Of a DNA stretch of 64,000 nt, positions 33,497-43,316 are shown in pieces (the first letter of the stretch is position 1; each line of letters starts with the position of its first letter). Location: positions 12,937 through 76,936 of the forward strand of contig JALHYA010000001.1 of NCBI GenBank assembly GCA_022868165.1, read 5' to 3'. A program made the translations under genes and the position numbers. The notes beneath the pieces are model-generated. The model made no database searches and had not been told where the DNA came from. It worked only from the letters and a program-made list of their open reading frames with translations. The DNA is from Patescibacteria group bacterium (lineage in GTDB: Bacteria; Patescibacteriota; Microgenomatia; UBA8517).

Positions 33497-35569
33497 TTAG
33501 AGATTTGTCTCTATTTCTTTTATCTTGTCCCTAACCTGCGCTGCCAATTCAAAATTCAAATCCTGCGCTGCAAGGCGCATTTCGGTTTTGAGTGTACGGA
33601 CTAAACGGTTTTTCTCCATCGGCGTTAAGGCTTCCATATCTAAATCCGGCAAAGTATCGTAAACGGAAGGTTTGCCGCCGAACATCCATGAATATTTGGG
33701 TTCTTCATCTTTTTCTATAAGTTTCTCTCGAATAGGTTTTTCGATGCTTCGGGGAGTTATGTGATACTTCTTATTCATCGCCAGCTGATACGCTCGCCTC
33801 CTTTCGACTTCGCTCAAGGCGCGCCGCATCGAGCCGGTAATTACATCGGCATACATAATTACGCGTCCCTCAACGTGTCTGGCGGCCCTACCCATTGTTT
33901 GGATTAATGTCACATCGCTTCTCAAAAATCCTTCCTTGTCCGCATCGAGAATTGCGACCAGAGAAACCTCGGGCAAATCAAGCCCCTCTCTAAGTAAATT
34001 GATTCCCACCAGAACATCATATTTTCCGGCTCTTAAATCGTCCAAAATATCCGTTCTGTCTAAAGTTTTAACATCCGAGTGAAGATAATGAACTTTTAGT
34101 CCCTGTTCGGCCAAATAAGCGGACAAGTCCTCCGCTGTTCTTTTTGTCAGAGTGGTAACCAGTGTCCTTTGCTTTTTGGCCGTTTGCTTTTTAATTTCTT
34201 CTATCGCGTCAGCCACCTGATTTTTCGTCGGTCTTATTTCCACTACCGGGTCCGGAATTCCGGTAGGTCGAAGAAGTTGTTCTACAACTCCGTTGTATGA
34301 TATATCATTATATGAGACATTGGCTTTCTTCGCTGAGTCTTTGGCCATTGATAGCTCCCATTCGTCGGGTGTTGCGCTTGTCGCAATAAAATTGGGAATC
34401 CTCCTCATAAACTCGTCGAACTTAAGAGGTCTATTGTCTATTGCTGCCGGCAAACGAAACCCGTAATCAACCAGGGTTTGCTTTCTTGATAAATCTCCCG
34501 CGTACATTCCGCGAATTTGAGGAAAAGTCATATGGCTTTCGTCAACAATAACCAGCCAATCCTTTCCGTAAGGATGGGTAAAGTAATCCAAAAGGGAATA
34601 CGGAGCATCTCCGGGAGCCCGTCCGTCGAAATATCTGGAATAATTTTCGATTCCCTTTACATACCCTACTTCCTGTATCATTTCCAAATCATACGTTACA
34701 CGCTGTTTTAACCTATGTGCCTCGAGTTCTTTTCCTTTTTTTGTGAGTTTGGCGACCTGTTTTTCCAAATCGCAATGGATTTGGGAAAAAACATCTTTGT
34801 TTTTTGAAGGGTCCGTCATAAAATGCTTAGCGGGGTAAAGAGTGAAATTGCAAGACGGATGTTGGAAGTTTGAAATTTCTTCCCCGCTAACAGGATTTAT
34901 ATATTTGGCTTCCTCAATTCTATCTTTTCCCAATTCGATCCTGATTCCTTCGTCTTGATATGCGGGGAAAATATCTATCGTGTCTCCGCGAACCCTGAAT
35001 GTTCCTCTGTGAAATCCGAAATCTCCCCTTTCGTACTGCAAATCGATTAAGCGGTCGATAATCTGTTCACGATTTATCTTCATTCCCTTTGAAAATTCAA
35101 AAACAAAATGGCCGTATTCTATTGGAGAGCCGATGTTATAAATACACGATACCGAAGCGACAACTATAGTGTCACTCCTTGTCAAAAGATTAGCGGTTGC
35201 CGCTAAACGAAGTTTATCGATAAGCTCGTTTATATCCGAATCTTTTTCGATATATGTATCAGTACTTGGGATATACGCTTCCGGCTGATAAAAATCGTAG
35301 TAAGAAACAAAGTAAGAAACGGCATTTTCAGGGAAAAAGTCCCTTAGCTCCTGATAAAGCTGTGCCGCCAGAGTTTTGTTGTGGGAAATAATTAAAGTAG
35401 GCCTCTGAAGTTTTTCGATAACATTGGCCATCGTAAATGTTTTTCCCGAGCCAGTAACACCCAAGAGGACCTGATATTTTTTGTTATCCATTACACCCTT
35501 GACCAATTTTTGAATGGCCTGGACTTGGTCAGGAATGGTTTTAAAACTCGAACGAAGTTTAAATTTCAT
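33497..35569 (-). CDS. uvrB: excinuclease ABC subunit B
   Basis: MKFKLRSSFK...LLGVTGSGKTF aligns with UvrB from its N-terminus. Confidence 0.9.
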   Translation of the reverse strand: MKFKLRSSFKTIPDQVQAIQKLVKGVMDNKKYQVLLGVTGSGKTFTMANVIEKLQRPTLIISHNKTLAAQLYQELRDFFPENAVSYFVSYYDFYQPEAYIPSTDTYIEKDSDINELIDKLRLAATANLLTRSDTIVVASVSCIYNIGSPIEYGHFVFEFSKGMKINREQIIDRLIDLQYERGDFGFHRGTFRVRGDTIDIFPAYQDEGIRIELGKDRIEEAKYINPVSGEEISNFQHPSCNFTLYPAKHFMTDPSKNKDVFSQIHCDLEKQVAKLTKKGKELEAHRLKQRVTYDLEMIQEVGYVKGIENYSRYFDGRAPGDAPYSLLDYFTHPYGKDWLVIVDESHMTFPQIRGMYAGDLSRKQTLVDYGFRLPAAIDNRPLKFDEFMRRIPNFIATSATPDEWELSMAKDSAKKANVSYNDISYNGVVEQLLRPTGIPDPVVEIRPTKNQVADAIEEIKKQTAKKQRTLVTTLTKRTAEDLSAYLAEQGLKVHYLHSDVKTLDRTDILDDLRAGKYDVLVGINLLREGLDLPEVSLVAILDADKEGFLRSDVTLIQTMGRAARHVEGRVIMYADVITGSMRRALSEVERRRAYQLAMNKKYHITPRSIEKPIREKLIEKDEEPKYSWMFGGKPSVYDTLPDLDMEALTPMEKNRLVRTLKTEMRLAAQDLNFELAAQVRDKIKEIETNL

Positions 35570-35588
35570 ACCCGAATCTCGCCCGAAA
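35570..35588 (-). promoter_or_regulatory. TTCGGG-N5-TTCGGG motif between the -10 and the uvrB ATG (candidate LexA box)
   Basis: In coding orientation: TCGTGATATAATTTTCGGGCGAGATTCGGGT immediately followed by ATG. Confidence 0.5.
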
Positions 35589-35612
35589 ATTATATCACGA
35601 AGCCCTTTCAGC

Positions 35613-36770
35613 CTAGAGCCTGTTAAGAAGAACGTCGATGGCGGATATTACTTCCTGTTTCTTTCTCTCCGGCCAGGAAGATTTGCTGATTCGGCCCCTT
35701 ATATTCCTAAGAACGCCTCGTATGTCCTGTCCCAAAGCCAGTTCCTTTGTTCTGTCGCTTTCTCTTGTATGGCGTTCAGGAAAAACAGGAATATGTTTTA
35801 TCGTGAAAGAATCTTTATTAGGCACAGCGATTCTCTGTAACTCGTTTTTTACTGTTTGTTCGTTGTGGTGCTCTAATTTTCGTAACGAGTCGACAAGCCA
35901 GGCTATCTGCGGCGTAGTAAGCCCACATCGATTGGAGTACTCGGCTATTGCTCTTTGTGCCTGAAAATTGTTCGGGAATCCGTCAACTATCTTATTAAAC
36001 TGCGGGGGTGTCAACGCCAAACCTCCTTTTATAAAACTGCCTGTCCTTACCCTTAAAACAAGATACGGGTCGGCCATATCCAAGGTCCTGAGCTGAAAAT
36101 ATATGTTTCCGGGCTCCATAAGCCAAGCTGATGCTTTACGACGAACCCACTCTTTTATTAAATCTGCATCGTTTCTTTCAAGACCGAGCTTGAAACCAGA
36201 GCTGTCATTTGTAGCAATTCCGAAAGCTTGGGTTACCGATATTAAATCTTTCCAGAGAGTTTCCCTCCAAGCTCCTTTCATCCAATAGGCAAGTCTTGCA
36301 AACCTCACGCTTTTTACCGAATTCACGGCAAGAATTCTTTGGTCGTATTTCTCTTCTTCGCTACATCCATATAAGACCGTGGAGCGAAGGGGTGTTTGCT
36401 TCCATAAGGCAACGGCTCTTGACAACTTTTCCCGGGAAATCGGATCCAGAAAGGAGCTTATTTCTGCCGTTACCATTTTAAGTCCGGCAACTCTGTGAAA
36501 TCCGTCGAGTGTCTCATAGCTCACCCCAAACTCTCCACTGCCTTCGATTGCCCTGTGAAGAGTATCTTGAGTCTGCCCCCACTCCCCGGTCATAGCCCGA
36601 CCTAAATCAAGAGCGTGCGCTTCGTCTATTGGAGTATCTTCGACAATAACGTCGGAAACCGGAATCCATTCCGTCCTGCTTACTTTTTCGCCCGTTCTTA
36701 TGCACTCACGAAGCAAATCCCTGGGGGAAAGTTCATACAAACTGGGATTGGTTTCTATTATCTCAGGCAT
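35613..36770 (-). CDS. ParB/Srx-like nuclease-domain protein, upstream of uvrB and divergent from lexA
   Basis: 385 aa. TLDGFHRVAGLKMV matches the DG.HR..A ParB/sulfiredoxin-fold motif. The rest is unassigned. Confidence 0.45.
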   Translation of the reverse strand: MPEIIETNPSLYELSPRDLLRECIRTGEKVSRTEWIPVSDVIVEDTPIDEAHALDLGRAMTGEWGQTQDTLHRAIEGSGEFGVSYETLDGFHRVAGLKMVTAEISSFLDPISREKLSRAVALWKQTPLRSTVLYGCSEEEKYDQRILAVNSVKSVRFARLAYWMKGAWRETLWKDLISVTQAFGIATNDSSGFKLGLERNDADLIKEWVRRKASAWLMEPGNIYFQLRTLDMADPYLVLRVRTGSFIKGGLALTPPQFNKIVDGFPNNFQAQRAIAEYSNRCGLTTPQIAWLVDSLRKLEHHNEQTVKNELQRIAVPNKDSFTIKHIPVFPERHTRESDRTKELALGQDIRGVLRNIRGRISKSSWPERKKQEVISAIDVLLNRL

Positions 36771-36822
36771 AAGTAAAATTTTTTGGATTATATACTAGCC
36801 TTACTTAAAAATAAAATGGCGC

Positions 36823-36851
36823 TTGACATCTTCGGGTTTTATTCGTATTGT
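36823..36851 (+). promoter_or_regulatory. lexA promoter with embedded TTCGGG-N5-TTCG motif (candidate LexA autoregulatory box); leaderless
   Basis: TTGACA (36823-36828), 17-bp spacer containing TTCGGGTTTTATTCG (36831-36845), -10-like TATTGT, and ATG at 36857 only 5-6 nt after the -10. Confidence 0.55.
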
Positions 36852-36856
36852 TAATT

Positions 36857-37480
36857 ATGGCGCCAATAATATACAAAAGGCAATCTCAAATACTTGATTT
36901 CATTAAGCAACACATCCAAACTACGGGCGGCGCTCCCACTTTAAGAGAAATTGCCGAAGCAATCGGCGTTTCATCTCTGGCTACCGTTCACGAACACCTT
37001 GAAGCGCTTGAGGCAAAAGGTTTAATAAAACGAAAAGCCGGCAAGGTCAGAACCATTGAACTCACTCAAGTGACCGAAGAGTTCTCGTCCGACGGAATGA
37101 ATGTTCCTATTCTCGGTTTTATTGCGGCCGGTGCTCCTATCGAGCCTTATACCGACCCAAATGCTTCTATGGAGATTCCTTCACCTTTTGTTTCGGGCAA
37201 AAAAAGGGTATATGTTCTTCAGGTGCGGGGCGAATCGATGATTGAGGAACAAATAAGAGACGGAGATTATGTTGTAATTGAGCAAACCGATAATGCGACC
37301 AACGGGGAAATCGTCGTTGCTTTACTCGATAACGGCATGGCTACCCTCAAAAGGTTCTTCAAGGAAGCCACCAGGATTCGCCTTGAGCCCGCCAACGCCA
37401 AAATGAGCCCCATATTCGTTAAAAACGTAAGAATACAGGGGAAAGTTGTTGGGCTTATCAGGAAATACGGGAGAAATTAA
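36857..37480 (+). CDS. lexA: LexA repressor
   Basis: MAPIIYKRQSQILDFIKQHIQ...LREIAEAIG (wHTH) and C-terminal S24 peptidase domain (VRGESM ... K). The track start at 36848 is a TTG, and the ATG is at 36857. Confidence 0.85.
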   Translation: MAPIIYKRQSQILDFIKQHIQTTGGAPTLREIAEAIGVSSLATVHEHLEALEAKGLIKRKAGKVRTIELTQVTEEFSSDGMNVPILGFIAAGAPIEPYTDPNASMEIPSPFVSGKKRVYVLQVRGESMIEEQIRDGDYVVIEQTDNATNGEIVVALLDNGMATLKRFFKEATRIRLEPANAKMSPIFVKNVRIQGKVVGLIRKYGRN

Positions 37481-38094
37481 TCTTCTTTTCTTCTTTGGAG
37501 GTGCTGTCGGACATACCAGACAACAGCCAGAACAAATAGTCCCACAATTATAAATTGAAACTTTCTGAAAAATGGTTCAATAGCTACCCAGTTCTGACCT
37601 AGTTTTAGCCCGACATACGCTAAAACTCCCGACCACAACAAAGAACCGATAAATGTATATGCGCCAAATGAAACTACTTCCATTCTGGCAATTCCTGCCG
37701 GAAGAGAAATAAAAGTCCTGACTACGGGTAAAAGTCTGGAAGCAAAAGTAATTCCATGTCCGTATTTAAGATACCAAGCCTTTGCCCTGTCGTATTCCGA
37801 CTCCCTCATAAGAAGCCATTTTCCCCATTTTTTAATCGCAAATCGCACCCACTCTTCGCCTTTGTAATATCCGAGTGCATAGGCAAGAAGGGAACCGACA
37901 AGGTTGCCGAAAGCCCCAACAATAATTGCGAGCCAAAAGTTCATAATTCCCAATCCCGCCAAAAAGCCCGCGAAAGGCATGGTTACTTCCGAAGGAATAG
38001 GAATAAGTGCCGATTCCAATGTCATTAATCCGAAAACGGCAAAAAGTCCGTAATGGGTTATAAATGCAGTCAGCCAATTAACGATTATTTCCAC
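37477..38094 (-). CDS. DedA/VTT-family membrane protein
   Basis: YGLFAVFGLMTLESALIPIPSEV... is typical of DedA. Confidence 0.65.
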   Translation of the reverse strand: MEIIVNWLTAFITHYGLFAVFGLMTLESALIPIPSEVTMPFAGFLAGLGIMNFWLAIIVGAFGNLVGSLLAYALGYYKGEEWVRFAIKKWGKWLLMRESEYDRAKAWYLKYGHGITFASRLLPVVRTFISLPAGIARMEVVSFGAYTFIGSLLWSGVLAYVGLKLGQNWVAIEPFFRKFQFIIVGLFVLAVVWYVRQHLQRRKED

Positions 38095-39749
38095 AAAGGC
38101 TCCAGTAAATTTCTCCCCGTCATTGAGTCGGGAACTTGTAATCCTAACAGATAAAGAATAGTCGGCGCAATATCGGCCAAAATTCCTTGCGTTAGTGTTT
38201 GCGGATGGCCCAAAAGATTTTTGGAAACTGCAATAAAAGGAACGGGGTTTGCGTTATGTTCCGTATCGATTGCGCCGCTTTTTGGATTAATCATTTCTTC
38301 AGCATTTCCATGGTCGGCCGTGATTAACAAAACCCCATCGTAAGCCAAAACAAAACTTGAAATCTTCCCTAAGCATTCATCAACAACTTCGCAGGCCTTG
38401 GCCGTAGGCCCTATAGAACCGGTATGACCGACCATGTCCGGATTGGCAAAATTCACTAGAACCATTTTATAATCGGGGAATTCCCTCATTTTTTCCAGCA
38501 AAGTATCGGTTATTTCCAAGGCCGCCATTTCGGGTTTTAAGTCGTATGTGGCAACCTTTGGAGAAGGAATTGTGATTCTGTCTTCTTGTGCAAATGGCAA
38601 CTCTTGCTGACCGTTAAAATAGAAAGTTACAAATCTCTCTTTTTCCGACTCGGACATTCTAAGCTGCTTTAGACCTGCATCCGAGACAACCTTGCCTATA
38701 GGCAACCGCACAATTTCGGGAGGAAAAGCAACTTTCGCTCCTTCATCCATAAGCCCTTTTCCATATTCTGTCATCATGCAGAAATAGAGGTTACTTAGTG
38801 CGGGGCCTCGTTGAAAAACCGGTTGGGTTGCAACCGGTTGAGCCAAATGTGATTTTTGATATTTAACGGCATAGGGGTCGTAGCCCCAACCAAGCGCGGC
38901 TTTTGAAAAATCCTTATACACAAAGGCCCTGCAAAGTTGGCGCGGCCTATCGATTCTAAAATTAAAGAAAATTATGGAATCGTTACTTTTAATAAGGGAA
39001 AGCGGCGCGCCGTCCTGCCCTACAACAATTGAGGGTTCGATAAATTCATCGGTCCTTCCAATCGAATACGATTTTTGGATTGCTTCTTCCGGCGTCTTAA
39101 CCAAATTTCCCTTTCCAAGCGTAAATGCTTCATAAGCCTTTTGAGTTCTATCCCACCTTAAATCCCTGTCCATGGGCCAATAGCGCCCCATAAGACTCGA
39201 TATCTGCCCGACTCCTTCTTTCTGTGCAACATTTCTTACCTGCGTTATGTAAGTTAGTGCGCTGGTTGGAGGAGAATCTCTTCCGTCTGTAAATAAATCC
39301 AGAAATACATTTTTTAGTCCCGCCTTGGAGGCCATTCTGATAAGAGCAAAAAGGTGCTCGAGGTTAGAGTGAACACCTCCGGCCCCAACCAATCCCATCA
39401 AGTGAAGGTTCGAACCGTTCTGTTTTGCGTGTTCCAGTGCCGCCAAAAGTGCAGGATTTTCAAAAAAGGAACCGTCGGCGATAGACACATTAATTCTGGC
39501 CAAATCCTGATATACAATCCTTCCGGCTCCCAAATTTAAGTGCCCCGTTTCCGTATTTCCGGGCTCTCCGTGAGGAAGACCAACCGATTCTCCAAAGGCA
39601 AGAAGTTGTGTATGGGGGTAAGAAGCCCAAAAACGGTTCATATTGACCGTTTGGCCCAAAGAAACTGCATTGCCGGGACCGGGTGGAGCCAAACCCCATC
39701 CGTCCAAAATAACCAGCATTACAAATTTGGGGGGCGGAAGCGGGTTCAT
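38085..39749 (-). CDS. gpmI: 2,3-bisphosphoglycerate-independent phosphoglycerate mutase
   Basis: VMLVILDGWG...NTETGHLNLGAGR and the iPGM metal-binding motifs. Confidence 0.85.
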   Translation of the reverse strand: MNPLPPPKFVMLVILDGWGLAPPGPGNAVSLGQTVNMNRFWASYPHTQLLAFGESVGLPHGEPGNTETGHLNLGAGRIVYQDLARINVSIADGSFFENPALLAALEHAKQNGSNLHLMGLVGAGGVHSNLEHLFALIRMASKAGLKNVFLDLFTDGRDSPPTSALTYITQVRNVAQKEGVGQISSLMGRYWPMDRDLRWDRTQKAYEAFTLGKGNLVKTPEEAIQKSYSIGRTDEFIEPSIVVGQDGAPLSLIKSNDSIIFFNFRIDRPRQLCRAFVYKDFSKAALGWGYDPYAVKYQKSHLAQPVATQPVFQRGPALSNLYFCMMTEYGKGLMDEGAKVAFPPEIVRLPIGKVVSDAGLKQLRMSESEKERFVTFYFNGQQELPFAQEDRITIPSPKVATYDLKPEMAALEITDTLLEKMREFPDYKMVLVNFANPDMVGHTGSIGPTAKACEVVDECLGKISSFVLAYDGVLLITADHGNAEEMINPKSGAIDTEHNANPVPFIAVSKNLLGHPQTLTQGILADIAPTILYLLGLQVPDSMTGRNLLEPLWK

Positions 39750-41017
39750 TTCTTTATTCTGGAAAGCTCACCTTCGATGGATGAAAGGCGGTTATACTTT
39801 GCCACCCTTTCACCTCTGGCCGGAGCGCCGAATTTAACATAATCGGAACCGGTTCCTACGCCGAAATCGGCAATAAAGGTGTCGTTGGTTTCCCCCGAGC
39901 GGTGCGAAGTTATAACTTTCCAGCCCGCATCTCTCGACATTTTAATTACTTTTAAGGTTTCTGTAACTGTTCCTATTTGATTCGGCTTTACCAAAATGGC
40001 ATTGCAGGCGTTTTCCGCTATAGCTTTCTGAACCCTCTTCGGATTTGTTGCCAAAAGGTCGTCGCCCACGACCGTCACCTGGTCCTGAAAAGTTTCTCTC
40101 AGTTTTTTCCAAGATTCCCAGGCATCCTCCTGAAAAGGGTCCTCAATAAGCGCAAGGTGATATTGATTGTTGAGGGATTTGTAAAATTCTAGGAGGCCGT
40201 TATCGTCCAATGGCGAAGATTTATCCCGAATAATGTATTCTCCGTCCTTATAAAATGAGTCCGCGGCGACATCGAGACCCAGAAAAACATCTCTGCCTAT
40301 CGAATATTTGGTGTCTCTAATGCTTTCGACAAAAACTTCCAAGGCATCCGCATTGGTAAATAAGTTGGGAGCATACCCGCCTTCGTTTCCTACGGAATGA
40401 ATTGCTCCTCTGCGGGCGAGATTCTCACCGATTGTTTGATAGATTTCAACGCCCATTTGAAGTCCCTGGCTATAAGGCTTGGTACTGGCCGGAATTACGT
40501 GGAATTCCTGAAAATCCAAATTTCCGGCTCCGTGAAGTCCGCCGTTAATCATATTAAAAAGCGGGGTGGGAACACGAACAACGGGTTTTAATCCCACCTG
40601 TTGCGCCAAGGCTAAAATCCACATATATAGGGGTAGCCTTTGCTCCATAGAGCCCGCTTTACAGACGGCTTGGGATACGGCAAGAATCGCATTTGCCCCG
40701 TATTTGGACTTATTTTCTGTCCCATCGATTTCTATAAGTTTTGCATCACTAGCCTGCTGATTGCTCGGGTCTATTCCGACAAGAGCAGGTCCCAAAACAC
40801 TGTTTACGTTACCTACGGCTTTGAGAACGCCTTTACCCAAATACCTCGGGCTGTCGGTATCCCTTAATTCCAAAGCTTCGTGCGTACCCGTGGATGTGCC
40901 GGCTGGCGCAGAGGATACGCTCAACATACCGCTGTCCAGTTGGCATGCGGCCTCCACCGTGGGAAGGCCCCTAGAATCTAAAATTTCCCTAGCCCAAATT
41001 CTTGCAATTTTTGCCAT
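39746..41017 (-). CDS. eno: enolase
   Basis: IARIWAREILDSRGLPTVE ... SHRSGETED-like motifs. Start at Met14 of the track ORF, whose first codon is TTG. Confidence 0.9.
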   Translation of the reverse strand: MAKIARIWAREILDSRGLPTVEAACQLDSGMLSVSSAPAGTSTGTHEALELRDTDSPRYLGKGVLKAVGNVNSVLGPALVGIDPSNQQASDAKLIEIDGTENKSKYGANAILAVSQAVCKAGSMEQRLPLYMWILALAQQVGLKPVVRVPTPLFNMINGGLHGAGNLDFQEFHVIPASTKPYSQGLQMGVEIYQTIGENLARRGAIHSVGNEGGYAPNLFTNADALEVFVESIRDTKYSIGRDVFLGLDVAADSFYKDGEYIIRDKSSPLDDNGLLEFYKSLNNQYHLALIEDPFQEDAWESWKKLRETFQDQVTVVGDDLLATNPKRVQKAIAENACNAILVKPNQIGTVTETLKVIKMSRDAGWKVITSHRSGETNDTFIADFGVGTGSDYVKFGAPARGERVAKYNRLSSIEGELSRIKK

Positions 41018-41018
41018 A

Positions 41019-43289
41019 TTATTTTGCCGAAACCAAATCTTTCTCTGCGGATGCAATGACCCCTCGAACTCTATTTATAGCATCCGGATTAACCGATATG
41101 CTAGTAATTCCCCAAGAAACGAGCTTATGTACCAAGTCGTCGTAAATCGAAGGGGCCTGTCCGCAAATTGAGGAAGTAACACCGTATTTGTTGCATCGCT
41201 TTATCACCCGACGCAGTGCCCACAAAACAGCGGGACTTCTTTCGTCGAATGCTTTGGCAACCTCGGAATTGTCACGGTCGGTACCCTGAATAAGCATGGT
41301 TAGGTCATTGGAACCGATAGACACGCCGTCTATTCCGACTTTAATAAAATCCTCCAGTAAAATTACATTTACAGGGAGTTCAACCATCATCAAAAACTTG
41401 AAGGTCGGACTTTCAAAAAGACCTTCTGAGGATACGATTCTTCTTACCTTGGCAAGCTCGTCTGGAGACCGCACAAAGGGTACCATGAGCCAGAGATTTT
41501 TGTACTTTTCTCTGACCTTTTTGATGGCCGACAACTCCAGCGAGAATACATCGGGATTGGCAACATAGCGAAAAGCCCCCCTGAGGCCTAAAAGAGGATT
41601 CGGTTCTTCGGGTTCCCAGTATTTTCCCCCGGGCAGGGCCCTGTACTCGTTGGTTTTAAAATCCGTTGCCCTATAAATTACGGGTCGGGGGTCGAAAGCC
41701 TGGGCAAAAATTTCCAAACCCTTGGATAATTTCTCAATAAATTTCCCTTGCTCTTTCCTTTTTATAGCTTCTTTAGGATGAATCCCTATGTTGGCTATCA
41801 TAAACTCTGCACGCAAAAGTCCCACCCCGTCAACATTCGTCTCAGCGACTTCTCTTACCCTTTCCGGCTCTCCCAAATTTACATAAAGCTTTGTAGCGGT
41901 TTTTGTAGAAACAAGTTTTTCCGTCTTGACAGGCATTTTCGCAGCCGTCACTTTTCCACCCAAGTAAATTTCACCTTTTGCGCCGTCGACCGTAACAATA
42001 GCACCATCTTTCAAAACTTTTGTGGCTTCTTTTGTACCAACGACGCAAGGCACTCCAAGTTCTCGCGAAACGATTGCGGCGTGAGAAGTTTCGCCGCCCT
42101 GATCGGTAATTATTGCGATTGCCTTCTTCATCGCGGGAACGAAGTCGGGAGAGGTCATCGGCGCAACCAAAACGTCTCCCTTTTCAACCTTTCCGACTTC
42201 TTTGGCGCTGGTTAGAATTTTCACCGGTCCGATGCCAATTCCCGGAGACGCGGCGCTACCGGACAATATCGGCGTAGCTGCAATAGCTAAGTTTTCTTCT
42301 CCCTTCGTTTCCTTTACTTTTACTTTTTGGATTGTAGTAACTGGTCGGGTCTGGACAATGAAAATTTTGCCTTTCTCTTTGGCCCATTCGGCATCTTGCG
42401 GAAAGTAGTAATGCTTCTGAAGTCCGTCTGCAATTCTAGCGAGATGGATTATCTCCTTATCGGAAATTTTTTGAGAGCTTTTGATTTTGGCGGGGACGGG
42501 GGCTTCCTTTGTCTCTTTTCCGATTCTGGTTAGTTGTATGCTCTGGTCTGCAATTACCTTTGAGAGTAAATAAAAAGTGTCTTTTTGCACAACATAATGG
42601 TCCGGAACAACAGAGCCTTGAACTATCATTTCTCCCAACCCCCAAACCGCCTCAATAATAATTTTGTCTTTCTCGTTATTTACCGGGTCTATGGAAAACA
42701 TAACACCGGAAACTTCCGATTGAACCATTTTTTGAACAATCACGGATATTTTTACTTTTTCGTGCGGAATTTTATTTTCGACTCTATAGAAAATCGAGCG
42801 GGGCATAAACAAAGAAGCCCAGCATTCCCTTACGGCATTTAGTAAATTGGCGTCTCCTTTTACGTTTAGCAAGGTTACTTGCTGTCCGGCAAAAGACGTA
42901 TCTCCCATATCCTCGGCCGTAGCGGAAGAGCGAACGGCAACGAGAGCACTTTTAAAAAGTCCCGAAAGTTTTTTGTAAGAATAAATTATTTCTCGGGCAA
43001 GTTCTTCGGGAAGATTTCCGGCCACAATTCTTTTTCTGATTGCCTTGGAAACCGAATCAAGTTGTACGGGGTCGTTTACATCAACGACCTTCAATTGGTC
43101 GTTTATTTGCTTCGTAAGCTGATTCTCTTTTAAAAACAAATCGTAGCCCGCGACTGTAATGGCAAAGCCTGGAGGAACGGGGATGCCTATTTTTATCATC
43201 TCTCCCAAATTGGCTCCTTTTCCGCCGACTTTTGGAGAATCGTCTTTATCTATATCCTTGAAGAAAATTGTATATTTCAGGGCAGACAT
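41019..43289 (-). CDS. ppsA: phosphoenolpyruvate synthase / PEP-utilising dikinase
   Basis: N-terminal ATP-grasp (VGGKGANLGEM), phosphohistidine domain (GGETSHAAIVSRELGVPCVVG), C-terminal PEP-utilising domain. Confidence 0.75.
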   Translation of the reverse strand: MSALKYTIFFKDIDKDDSPKVGGKGANLGEMIKIGIPVPPGFAITVAGYDLFLKENQLTKQINDQLKVVDVNDPVQLDSVSKAIRKRIVAGNLPEELAREIIYSYKKLSGLFKSALVAVRSSATAEDMGDTSFAGQQVTLLNVKGDANLLNAVRECWASLFMPRSIFYRVENKIPHEKVKISVIVQKMVQSEVSGVMFSIDPVNNEKDKIIIEAVWGLGEMIVQGSVVPDHYVVQKDTFYLLSKVIADQSIQLTRIGKETKEAPVPAKIKSSQKISDKEIIHLARIADGLQKHYYFPQDAEWAKEKGKIFIVQTRPVTTIQKVKVKETKGEENLAIAATPILSGSAASPGIGIGPVKILTSAKEVGKVEKGDVLVAPMTSPDFVPAMKKAIAIITDQGGETSHAAIVSRELGVPCVVGTKEATKVLKDGAIVTVDGAKGEIYLGGKVTAAKMPVKTEKLVSTKTATKLYVNLGEPERVREVAETNVDGVGLLRAEFMIANIGIHPKEAIKRKEQGKFIEKLSKGLEIFAQAFDPRPVIYRATDFKTNEYRALPGGKYWEPEEPNPLLGLRGAFRYVANPDVFSLELSAIKKVREKYKNLWLMVPFVRSPDELAKVRRIVSSEGLFESPTFKFLMMVELPVNVILLEDFIKVGIDGVSIGSNDLTMLIQGTDRDNSEVAKAFDERSPAVLWALRRVIKRCNKYGVTSSICGQAPSIYDDLVHKLVSWGITSISVNPDAINRVRGVIASAEKDLVSAK

Positions 43290-43316
43290 TTCTATTTCAT
43301 TTTAGAACAAACGAAG

